IMG/VR virus record: IMGVR_UViG_3300007510_000008 | Location: 1 to 57,307 of that record | Length of the DNA stretch: 57,307 bases | Reading direction: 5' to 3' (one strand) | DNA from: a virus | Taxonomy: Duplodnaviria; Caudoviricetes | Part shown: one piece after another, positions 15,057 through 24,185 of the stretch | How positions within the stretch are numbered: position 1 is the first letter of the stretch | How the letters are laid out: each line of letters starts with the position of its first letter | Program-made: the position numbers and the translations under genes | Notes under the pieces: model-generated | What the model was told of the DNA's origin: nothing | Database searches by the model: none | The model's input: the letters and a program-made list of their open reading frames with translations, nothing else

Positions 15057-16359
15057 ATGAGCATGAACGCGAAAGTAGAGGATATTATGCCAGTAGAAAA
15101 GAGCATTATTGCGATCATTACTATTGACTATGGAACATATCACAAGATTTACGATGAGGATACCAAACTTGAAACGGTGATGAAGTGGGCGTATGAAAAA
15201 TACGATGAAATGGAATCGGAAGGTGATCTAAGTATTGAACTAGTAACCGAGGCATAATGATCCCAAGGAAAAACAAAATCTATCACTTTGAAGAATTAGT
15301 TGACGATGCACAATGCAGAAAGTGTAAGAATCCCTTGGAGTGGTGCTGTTGCGAACCTTCGCAGGGCTTAGAATTCGAAGCATTTTGTTGTTTGGATCAT
15401 CACTATATTAAGTTTGCGTACAATGACGGTTTTGAATTGAAGGGTAAATATGAACGAGAACGCATACCATATAAAGCGTGAAGAATACTCGACATTTAAA
15501 ATCAAATGTCCAGAGTGTGAGCGTGAATGGATAATGAGTCGAAGCAAGAATGTGAATCAAGCAGGACCAGCCGAGTTAATTGGTGATGATGCCAAGAGCA
15601 TTTATGCGAAGTTCAATTATCATGCTCTATGTGCCAAGTGCAAAACAGCATTTGATTTCAAGCTTTTTGTAACGTATGAAATGGAGTAGGTTATGGAAAA
15701 TCAATACAGAATCAAGCGGGTAGGTCATAGGTATTTCGCTCAAATGCATTGGAACAACGTTTGGATAGATTTAAAACAATCAGGAAATACTCTTGCAGTT
15801 GCAAAGAAAACTATTGACTATTGTAGAGAAGTGGATAAGAACAGAGCAACCATAAAAACGGAGATCATTGAATATTGAGTAAGAAACGCATCAAAGGACC
15901 AGCACAAATCAAAGCTTCCAAAAAGAAAGTTCGATCAAAGTTTTGGAGAAGGTTATGCAAAAAGCGAATGAAGGACGAAAAGAAGTAGCGAAATACTATT
16001 GCCCTAAGTGTGGCTACGAAGAACAAACAAATATGTTAAGTGAGAAGCGTTGTCCCTACTGCGTACCAGTAGAGAGAATGCTTCTCTCTTTCTATGAACG
16101 AATCATAAAGGAGTAGGTTATGAGAAAATATCGAATCAACGTCAAAACAAGAGCCGATGGAAAGAAAAAGTATTACCCTCAATATAAGAGGTTTGGCATA
16201 TGGAGGTATTTTAGTGACTATGATGAAGCTTGGTGGACTTTTGAAAGAGAATGCGCCCTAAAGAAAATCCAAAGTCATAAGCAAGAGGAACAAAGCCGCA
16301 TAGACTACAAAGCAAATAGGAAGATAATCAAAACAGAGATAGAGGAGATTGAAAATTGA
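15057..16359 (+). CDS. run of small hypothetical ORFs (..15257, 15257..15481, 15450..15689, 15693..15878, 16120..16359)
   Basis: Tightly coupled + strand ORFs, several with CxxC motifs and GGAG RBS. Confidence 0.6.
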
Positions 16360-18635
16360 GCAACTATTTTAACAACAGTTTCAGCGAATCAATTTGGCGA
16401 TCAAAGTATAAAGCAGAGAGTGATAATAGCATTGAGGATACATGGGAACGAATGCTTAAGACACTAAATCCTGATTGGGCAAGAAAGCATAGTTACGAAA
16501 GAGAATGCTTAAGCTCGTTTAGGTTTGTCCCAGGTGGACGCATTCAATCTGCAATCGGTTCGGGCAAAAACGTAACAGCATTTAACTGTTACATGATGGA
16601 CGATATACCCGACAGCATGGAAGGCATTTTTCGTGTCCTAAGCGAGTCAGCCGTAACGCAGAAATTTGGTGGGGGCGTGGGCTACAACTTCTCTACATTG
16701 CGTCCAGCCGAAGCGGTAGTAGGTGAGAGCGGACAAAGCAGCGGACCCTTAAGCTTTATGGATATCTACGACACCATGACGAAAACGGTTGTGCGTGGTG
16801 GTGGTGGTCGTGGCGCACAGATGGGCATCATGAGCGTAGCGCATCCTAATGTCCTAGACTTCATTGAAGCAAAGCGCGGCAAAGAGAATGAGCGATTCAC
16901 GCAATTCAATGTCAGCGTTGACCTAAACGACAAGTTCATGAGAAGGCTCAAGCAGGATCAGAATTGGACTTTCGAATTTGGAGAAGAAACCTATGAAACA
17001 GTCAAGGCGCAAGAGGTCATGGACAGGATATCGAGAAACGCCTATGACTTCGCAGAGCCAGGAGTCGTATTCTTGGATCGAATCAATCAATTTAACAACC
17101 TTCATTATTGCGAACAGATTAACGGAACTAACCCATGCGGTGAAGTGCCTTTGCCGAAATATGGCGCGTGTCTTTTGGGGAGTGTCAACCTTGCGGCTTA
17201 CATGATCGAAAGCGATGAACTCATCGAGTTTGATTTTGACATGCTATCGGAAGATGTGCCATACATGGTGCGCTTTCTCGATGCTGTTATTGATAAGGCG
17301 ATCTATCCGCTTGAAGCGCAGAAAGAGGAAGCACTAGCAAAGCGTAGAATGGGGCTTGGCATCATGGGCTTTGGTTCGGTGCTTAATATGCTTGGCATGA
17401 AATATGGATCAGAAGAAAGCATGGAATTCATTGACTCCATTATGGGCATCATAAGAGATACAGCCTATCTTGAAAGCATTGAGCTAGCCAAAGAGAAGGG
17501 AAGCTTCCCACTTTTCGATAAGGAGCAGTATCTAGAAAGCAAGTATGTCAAGGGATTGCACAAAGACATAAGGGAAGGCATTGCAGAACACGGCATCCGA
17601 AACAGTCACCTATTGAGTATTGCCCCAACAGGCACGATTGCTATTGAAGCTAATTGCGTATCAAGCAGCATCGAACCAGTATGGCAGGACAAATACACGC
17701 GCAAGGTTTTGGATCATAAGACAAACGAAACGACAGAAGAAGAAGTCATCGATTATGCCTATCGATGGATGCAATCAAAGGGTTTTGACCTAAGCAACTT
17801 CGAAGTGCTAGCAGACGTTCACCCAAAGACGCATATTGAGGTTCAAGCGAAGTTTCAAGAGTACGTTGATCAGAGCATAAGCAAGACGATCAACGTGCCA
17901 GAGTCCTATAGTTACCAAGACTTTAAGGACTTGTATCTGTATGCATACGAAAAGGGCTGTAAGGGCATGACATTGTACCGCTATAATCCAAAGATGGACA
18001 GCATCATCAATCTTGGATCGGAAGAAAAGGATAATGGAGCTAAGACAAAACTATTGCCCCAAGGCAAAGCACAAAGACCCTTCAATCTTCCAGGCGAGAC
18101 TTACAGCATGGAATACAAACAAGGCAAAGGCAAGCTATACGTCACCATAAACAGGGATAGAGATAGAGAAGATCATCCTTTTGAAGTATTCATTGCTCAA
18201 AACGATGGAGGCGAAGCTGAAGTGTGGATCAAAGCCCTAGCTAAGATGCTCTCAGCAGTAATGCCAAGGACCGATCAGATCAACTTTATCATTAAATCAT
18301 TCGAGAAACTAAGTGACAGCTCTGGCGGTTTGTGGGTCAAGTGGCCCAAGGATTTAGAACATACGCTAGCACCGAACCCAAGTCAACCCCACATTCACAA
18401 GTATTTTGACGAAAACACTCTTGACAACGATACCAAAAGCGTGTATGTTAAGTCTGGTCCCCATGCTATAGCGTTAATGCTTCGCGCATGGCTGGCACAG
18501 TACGGGGACGCGCCCACCAATGGCGATAGTGATAAAGACGTAACACTCCCCTGCCCGACATGTAATGCTCTATCTTATAGAAAAGAAGCGGGCTGTTGGA
18601 TTTGTGGCTCCTGCGGGTACTCTACATGCTCTTAG
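16356..18635 (+). CDS. nrdJ: class II (adenosylcobalamin-dependent) ribonucleotide reductase
   Basis: FVPGGRI, FNCY, GGGVG, EPG..F.D, TNPCGE, APTGT, ISKTIN; C-terminal TSCPD-like domain and CxxC..GCxxCxxCGYSxC; no NrdB in the window. Confidence 0.88.
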   Translation: MSNYFNNSFSESIWRSKYKAESDNSIEDTWERMLKTLNPDWARKHSYERECLSSFRFVPGGRIQSAIGSGKNVTAFNCYMMDDIPDSMEGIFRVLSESAVTQKFGGGVGYNFSTLRPAEAVVGESGQSSGPLSFMDIYDTMTKTVVRGGGGRGAQMGIMSVAHPNVLDFIEAKRGKENERFTQFNVSVDLNDKFMRRLKQDQNWTFEFGEETYETVKAQEVMDRISRNAYDFAEPGVVFLDRINQFNNLHYCEQINGTNPCGEVPLPKYGACLLGSVNLAAYMIESDELIEFDFDMLSEDVPYMVRFLDAVIDKAIYPLEAQKEEALAKRRMGLGIMGFGSVLNMLGMKYGSEESMEFIDSIMGIIRDTAYLESIELAKEKGSFPLFDKEQYLESKYVKGLHKDIREGIAEHGIRNSHLLSIAPTGTIAIEANCVSSSIEPVWQDKYTRKVLDHKTNETTEEEVIDYAYRWMQSKGFDLSNFEVLADVHPKTHIEVQAKFQEYVDQSISKTINVPESYSYQDFKDLYLYAYEKGCKGMTLYRYNPKMDSIINLGSEEKDNGAKTKLLPQGKAQRPFNLPGETYSMEYKQGKGKLYVTINRDRDREDHPFEVFIAQNDGGEAEVWIKALAKMLSAVMPRTDQINFIIKSFEKLSDSSGGLWVKWPKDLEHTLAPNPSQPHIHKYFDENTLDNDTKSVYVKSGPHAIALMLRAWLAQYGDAPTNGDSDKDVTLPCPTCNALSYRKEAGCWICGSCGYSTCS

Positions 18636-18818
18636 GCTCTCCTACGATTCTAAAATGGGGATAACATAGAAAGTTTTGACATTCTAGCGAAAGGTTGTGG
18701 GCTTTTTATCGTGATTTTGATGTGTGTGGCACTCTCATTGCTATGGGACGATGACGATTTTAGGTTTTAGAACTGGCACGACTTTTGAATCAAGAGACTA
18801 AAGAAAGGTAGTGAATCA

Positions 18819-19046
18819 ATGGCAAAACTCACACAAACAAACACGGGTCAAGTCATTCATAACATGGACCTTACAGAAGATGAATGCAAGATCATAGCTA
18901 GTGCGTTAGGTATCTACTATAGCAAGTACACTATGGGCATACTACAGGATCATTCGCGCACCTTACACAATTGGTTTCACCAGCTAGTCTATCCCCACTT
19001 ACACAAAGATAAACCAAGCTGTAGTTGCGACACGTTCATGGGCTAA
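18819..19046 (+). CDS. hypothetical protein
   Basis: AAAGG RBS, 75 aa. Confidence 0.55.
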   Translation: MAKLTQTNTGQVIHNMDLTEDECKIIASALGIYYSKYTMGILQDHSRTLHNWFHQLVYPHLHKDKPSCSCDTFMG

Positions 19047-19220
19047 CACACTCTGGCATTAGTTTATTGGCTAAGGCTGTAAGGTTTCGCCGCGAATGGG
19101 AAAAAAGTTATTTGGCGAGTAAGTCCTTAAGTCAATTTTTGACCAGCACTCATTTTCAACTTCCAAAGGTGTTATAATACAGGCGTAAGCCCATGCAATC
19201 ATTAGAGTTACAGTTTAGTA

Positions 19221-19249
19221 TTGACACTCATGCCCCTATCTGCTACAAT
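19221..19249 (+). promoter_or_regulatory. sigma70-type early promoter
   Basis: TTGACA-17 nt-TACAAT with TG extension. Confidence 0.75.
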
Positions 19250-19656
19250 TCGGCAACGCTTGAATTCTAGTGGACGGGGGCATTTTTGTGCTTACTCCAC
19301 TATATGTACAAGTATAGCTGAAAAACTACATTTATTGTGGGACAACGATTTAGATAGCATCGTCCCACGGTGACATAAACTCAAATTCCATACTTGTAAG
19401 GTATGGTGAAGAAAGTATGGTGATATACTAACATGGACTTTTACCAATACACAAAACTCAAGCGACAGAATCAACTGATCCTTGAGAAGCTTGAAGCAAT
19501 CGAAAAGCTGCTCAAGCCCGAATCCGAAACTCTGGAACTTATTTGATACTTCTTTCACAAGGCCCAACAAAAGAGTTAAATCTGTCGGACCCTTCCTATC
19601 CGCTTGAATGGCCGCAAGGTCAAAGCGGGGTCCAGTTTCCCGAAAGGTAACTAACA

Positions 19657-20193
19657 ATGAAAGTAGGTTTCGTAATGATTAAAGGTAGAAGGTTATATGT
19701 TTGTCATAAGTGCGGCAGAGAAGAATGGATTAATAATCGTGAGGCTCACTATCCCGTTCTTTGTAACTGTGAGGACGAATTCCATTGCCCTCTCATGCAT
19801 CCGCTTGGTTCTGAAGCTGAAACAGAGTGGTGGTACGATGAGGCTCACAGACAGCAGAATCTAAAACAAGTGGCGCGTATCGAGCGTGACATTCATAGGG
19901 ATACTGTTGAAGGTCAGCGAGAGGAACTGCGCCTTGATGCGCAGATACTGCTCCATCAGTCTGCTAGGATCAATGAGCTACAAGAACTTCTCGCTGCTCA
20001 AGAGGTTGATAACGTTGACATGTTCCTAAGCAGGGACGAAGCGATTGAATTACTCAAGGACTTTCAGAAGCTTCCTTCCATCCATTTTGATTTTGCCATA
20101 GAGCATAACATGTTCTACTTTGAAAATGACGCGCCTACCCGTTGGCTAGCTTGGAATCAGGAAGTTTGCGATTTCTTAGAGGAACGCGACTAG
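19657..20193 (+). CDS. hypothetical protein
   Basis: 178 aa, AAAGG RBS, Cys-rich N terminus. Confidence 0.65.
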   Translation: MKVGFVMIKGRRLYVCHKCGREEWINNREAHYPVLCNCEDEFHCPLMHPLGSEAETEWWYDEAHRQQNLKQVARIERDIHRDTVEGQREELRLDAQILLHQSARINELQELLAAQEVDNVDMFLSRDEAIELLKDFQKLPSIHFDFAIEHNMFYFENDAPTRWLAWNQEVCDFLEERD

Positions 20194-20234
20194 TTAAGCG
20201 GTAGTGATATCACTTAAACCTATAGGAGATTACT

Positions 20235-20429
20235 ATGGCACTAACTAAGGAAGAAGTTTTGCAAAGAGCAAAGCGCACAATTCGTACAGGGCATGACGTA
20301 ACTGGCGTGGTGAAGCAGTTGGTTGAGTATATCAATTCGATTCCTGAACCAAAACCCGAGCCCGTAAAATCGACTCCTACGAAGAAAACAAAGGTTGAGC
20401 CGAAACTACATGAACCAGACGAGGACTAA
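20235..20429 (+). CDS. hypothetical protein
   Basis: AGGAG RBS; followed by a terminator. Confidence 0.6.
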   Translation: MALTKEEVLQRAKRTIRTGHDVTGVVKQLVEYINSIPEPKPEPVKSTPTKKTKVEPKLHEPDED

Positions 20430-20456
20430 CTCCTTTGTTTTCAACACAATACAATT

Positions 20457-20491
20457 AAGTCCCTGACTCTCATGGAGTTAGGGACTTTTTT
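20457..20491 (+). terminator. intrinsic terminator
   Basis: AAGTCCCTGACTC/GAGTTAGGGACTT hairpin plus T run. Confidence 0.8.
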
Positions 20492-20543
20492 GTAACTGCT
20501 TTGTTTGTAAGGGAATAAACTTCCAATATTGGCTTCCAAGTTG

Positions 20544-20572
20544 TTGACACTACTAGAGAATTGTGTCATAAT
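20544..20572 (+). promoter_or_regulatory. sigma70-type early promoter
   Basis: TTGACA-17 nt-CATAAT. Confidence 0.7.
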
Positions 20573-20609
20573 CTCGCTTGTAAGTCAATCAAACAAAGGA
20601 GATACGCCG

Positions 20610-22150
20610 ATGAAGCGTTTCGAAATGAAGGTAATGAGCGAGTTTGTAATTACTCAAGGTAAGGGTTTCGGAATCACTTTCGAAAATGGTTGGTACGTGT
20701 CTGTCCAGTTTGGTCCCTTCAATTACTGCGACAATCAGGATTACAAGGCTCATGAGGATTATGAAGGTAATTCCCGCGAAGCTGGCGCAAAAGGTTGCAA
20801 GAATGCCGAATGTGCCGTTTTCGATCCTGATGGAAACATGATTCCTTTCCCTGGAAATGAGCATGATACTATCAAGGGTTGGATGGGCGTTAACGAAGTG
20901 ATGGATCTTCTTAACAAGATTCGAAACAAGTAGGAGAACACAATGCGTTATCTAGTTTTTTCGTTTGAGACTTACTATCCTTTTGGTGGATGGGATGATT
21001 TTCAGGGTGCTTTCGCTTCCCGAGAGGAAGCTATGGACTATATCGCAGGGGATGAATCCTATCATGAGCATTACCAGATCGTAGATACCGTATTGCGTGA
21101 AGTTGTTTGGTCCCGTTAAGACTATTGGAAGGGGGAAATCCTAATGAAAATCGAAGTAAAGTACAATGGTGCATTTCCTAACTTGTGTTCAGGTGACTTA
21201 GCGGTTATCGTGGACGGAGTAAGATACGATTTCCCCAATTACTGCTTGTGTTCTGGTGGTGCTGTGTGGTTTGATGCTGATTGGAAGGAGCATGTAGATT
21301 CTGGTCCTTGGTCTGTTTCCGAATGGCCCGAGGACTTCCCGAAGGATTACGATCTTAGGGTTGAAGTTTTGGACATGATCAATGCAAAGATCCCTTGGGG
21401 TTGTTGCGGCGGTTGCGTCTAATCAATTGGGAAGGGCCGCGCCTCAAGTGACGGCCCTTCCCTTTCCATGTTACTAACAAGTGAGGTTTCGGATGAATAT
21501 GGGTTACTGTCGTTTCCAGAATACTTCTGCTGACTTGCAGGATTGTCTGGATCATTTTGGTGACGATGATCTGAGTGAGGACGAGCAACATGCCCGTAAG
21601 GACATGTTTGAAATCATGTTTGAAATTGCAAAGAGAATCGTAGAGGATTACAACTACATTGAAAACGAACCGATCAGGTCTTGGGAGGATTGCAATGAGT
21701 AGAGTAGAAAAAGCTGAACTGAATTGGAAAGATAATCACAATGATGCTAGTCCCGCGACTTTCTCTTGTGCATTCCATGAATATACTCTGGACGTTATCT
21801 ATCCTAATTTACAGAGAAAGAATCTTTGTGTTATTGTCGTGATGGATAAGAAGGTTACTCATGAGCGACAGCCGATCCATTCTTTCTTCTTAAACGGAAG
21901 TGACATTGACTGGTATAACTTCACCGAAGTTGCTCATGAATGGTACGTCAAGGAACACAAGAGGAAAACTCTCAAGAACTTGACAGCATTCGAAACCCAT
22001 GAATGGTACGTCAAGGAACACAAGAGGAAAACTCTCAAGAATGATTTTTATTCTTTGATGGCAGAGGAAAAGAGACTCCTTGATGAACTTGACAGCATTC
22101 GAAACCGTAAAACGATTGTCAAAAATGAACTAAGCAAGTGGGAATCGTAG
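20610..22150 (+). CDS. run of small early hypothetical ORFs (20610..20933, 20943..21119, 21144..21422, ..21702, 21695..22150)
   Basis: Most have AGGAG/GGAGG/GGGGG RBS; co-oriented behind the 20544 promoter. Confidence 0.7.
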
Positions 22151-22169
22151 TTTACTTAGAGAGGTAAAT

Positions 22170-22649
22170 ATGAGAGACTATCAGAAAGCTAAGGCTTATG
22201 CGTGGGAAGAAAACGAAATTCTGTTTTACGAAGATGCGGAATTTGCATCCAAGGCAGATGCGTTTGCTACTGCGGCGAAAGCGTGTGCGGACTATGGCAT
22301 TTTCAAGATGCCCGAACTACGTTGGCGAGACACTAAGGCTGCCTATCTGAATGACGATTGTACTAAGATCGTTATTCCCGAAGGCTGCTGGATGAGTCCC
22401 CCGATTCTGTTTCATGAGGTCGCGCACTACATTGCCGAGAATCACCCTAAGCTCAAGGCAAGGGTCCGCAATGGCACCATTGCGATTCACAGTCCCGAAT
22501 GGATGGGAATCTACATTGACTTGCTGGTGCGCTATGGAAAGTGGCGTAGTTGGGAAGCTCTGGCGTATGGTGCTTGGACGTATGGAATTGAAGTGGTCGA
22601 TACCGACTTCCTTAAACCAAAATTGAATGAAGGAGAAACACATGCGTAA
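22170..22649 (+). CDS. zincin-like metallopeptidase (SprT-like)
   Basis: HEVAH...HSPEW motif; GAGG RBS. Confidence 0.6.
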   Translation: MRDYQKAKAYAWEENEILFYEDAEFASKADAFATAAKACADYGIFKMPELRWRDTKAAYLNDDCTKIVIPEGCWMSPPILFHEVAHYIAENHPKLKARVRNGTIAIHSPEWMGIYIDLLVRYGKWRSWEALAYGAWTYGIEVVDTDFLKPKLNEGETHA

Positions 22650-23247
22650 AAGATCAGGATGGATTCTGACAAACATTGACGATCTAGAATGGATTCTGAC
22701 AAACATTGACGATCTAGAATCGTCCGTAATCCGAAAGGTTGCGTACTTCTCAACTACAAACACGCTTCGTATCATTTTCAAGAGTGATCGCGTTTACGAT
22801 TACTACAACGTGAGCAAGGAGACTTTCGAATCGTTCGTTAACAGCCGATCAATCGGACGTTACTACAATGCGAATATCAAGCAGAACTATGCTTCCGAGT
22901 ACGCAGGAATGTATGACGATATCGATCCGATGGAGATCCCCGAAAACAAGAAGCGTTTCCAGAGGGAAAAGCATCAGGTCGGATTCTTCCGCTTCAAGGT
23001 AACGGCAGGAGAGCCTTGGGGGTACGATGTTCAGCGTGTCGTATACTGTAAAGAACAAAGCTTTATAGTGTCCGATGATTCTGGAATCTGGATCTGTGAT
23101 CGTCCTGTCCATTTCCAAGCAAGAGAGAAAGTTTCGATTGAGGATATTCAGAAAGCAATCACTCGCAACTATCCCGCATGGCCCAAGGTTAAGGTTATCG
23201 CTTGGAAGCTCTACAATGAGGATGAATACAAGTCCTTTATTGACTAG
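22642..23247 (+). CDS. KTSC-domain protein with C-terminal extension
   Basis: SSVIRKVAY...TLRIIFKSDRVYDYYNV...F..SRSIGRYYNANIK is the KTSC signature. Confidence 0.8.
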   Translation: MRKRSGWILTNIDDLEWILTNIDDLESSVIRKVAYFSTTNTLRIIFKSDRVYDYYNVSKETFESFVNSRSIGRYYNANIKQNYASEYAGMYDDIDPMEIPENKKRFQREKHQVGFFRFKVTAGEPWGYDVQRVVYCKEQSFIVSDDSGIWICDRPVHFQAREKVSIEDIQKAITRNYPAWPKVKVIAWKLYNEDEYKSFID

Positions 23248-23307
23248 GACTTACACGTTCGCCAGCCGTAAAAGGTAGGTACTTAAGTGTTTGAAATCAT
23301 GTAAGAT

Positions 23308-23348
23308 ACGGGATCAGTCTCCTAGTGAGATTGGTCCCGTTTTATTTT
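23308..23348 (+). terminator. intrinsic terminator
   Basis: ACGGGATCAGTCTC/GAGATTGGTCCCGT hairpin plus T-rich tail. Confidence 0.75.
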
Positions 23349-23448
23349 CAACCTACTGCAAACAAAGGAGTTACAAGTCCCTGAAAATACGCCAGTTGCA
23401 AATTAGTTGTAAATCGTTAGAACCAAAGAAGTTACAGCACCTATCGAA

Positions 23449-23477
23449 TTGACAAAAGGCTCAAGAATCGCTATAAT
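23449..23477 (+). promoter_or_regulatory. consensus sigma70 early promoter
   Basis: TTGACA-17 nt-TATAAT, an exact consensus. Confidence 0.85.
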
Positions 23478-23524
23478 ATGGTCGATAACAAGATAAAGGG
23501 TTTCACTTCAAGAAAGGTTCCAAA

Positions 23525-24175
23525 ATGACGAAGGCTCAGAAAAACGCGAAACTTTCCGCTCCTGGCAAGATGCCTTGCCCTAGTTGGTCAACTCGCGCTG
23601 GCGTGACTTGTCCCTTTGCTAAGACCCTTGGCGGCGAAGCGGTTCCCGTTTGCGCGAAGTGTTACGCCATGAAAGGCCGCTATCGCTTTGGTAACGTTCA
23701 GAAGGCTCAGGAATCCCGCGAAATCGATTCCAAAACTGAATCTTGGGTTTCTCGCATGGTTACGGCTATCGCTCAGAATGATCACTTTCGTTGGTTCGAT
23801 TCGGGCGATATCAACTCTATCGAACTCGCCAAGAAAATCCTCGAAGTTATGAAGCTTACTCCTGATACTAAGCATTGGCTTCCTACTCGCGCCTATAAGC
23901 ATGTTAACTTGCGCGTGATCCTTGAAGAAATGGCTTCCCTTCCTAACGTTTCGGTTCGCTGTTCTTCGGATGATATCGGAAACGAATTCCAGAATCACAC
24001 TAACGGACGCAAGCCTGTTGGCGGTATTTCTCTCGTAGTTTCCGACCCTTCGGAAATTACGGCTGAGAACGTCCACGTTTGCGAAGCTACTACGAACAAA
24101 GACAAGAAAACTTGTGGCGATTGTCGCGCCTGTTGGGATACCGACATTGACATTATCGCCTACAAACTTCACTAG
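23525..24175 (+). CDS. GP88-like phage protein (Cys-rich, radical-SAM-like)
   Basis: KMPC.SWS...TCP...C.KCYA, FRWFDSGD, HWLPTR, CGDCRACW. Confidence 0.75.
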   Translation: MTKAQKNAKLSAPGKMPCPSWSTRAGVTCPFAKTLGGEAVPVCAKCYAMKGRYRFGNVQKAQESREIDSKTESWVSRMVTAIAQNDHFRWFDSGDINSIELAKKILEVMKLTPDTKHWLPTRAYKHVNLRVILEEMASLPNVSVRCSSDDIGNEFQNHTNGRKPVGGISLVVSDPSEITAENVHVCEATTNKDKKTCGDCRACWDTDIDIIAYKLH

Positions 24176-24185
24176 ACTAGGAGAA

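Larger units (their letters stand above)
19185..23435. repeat. dispersed 27-bp pseudo-palindromic motif (about 9 copies in three intergenic clusters)
   Basis: Rough consensus GTAAnTcnTT-N7-AAngAnTTAC at 19185, 19327, 20426, 20455, 20492, 23283, 23348, 23373, 23409. Confidence 0.6.
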
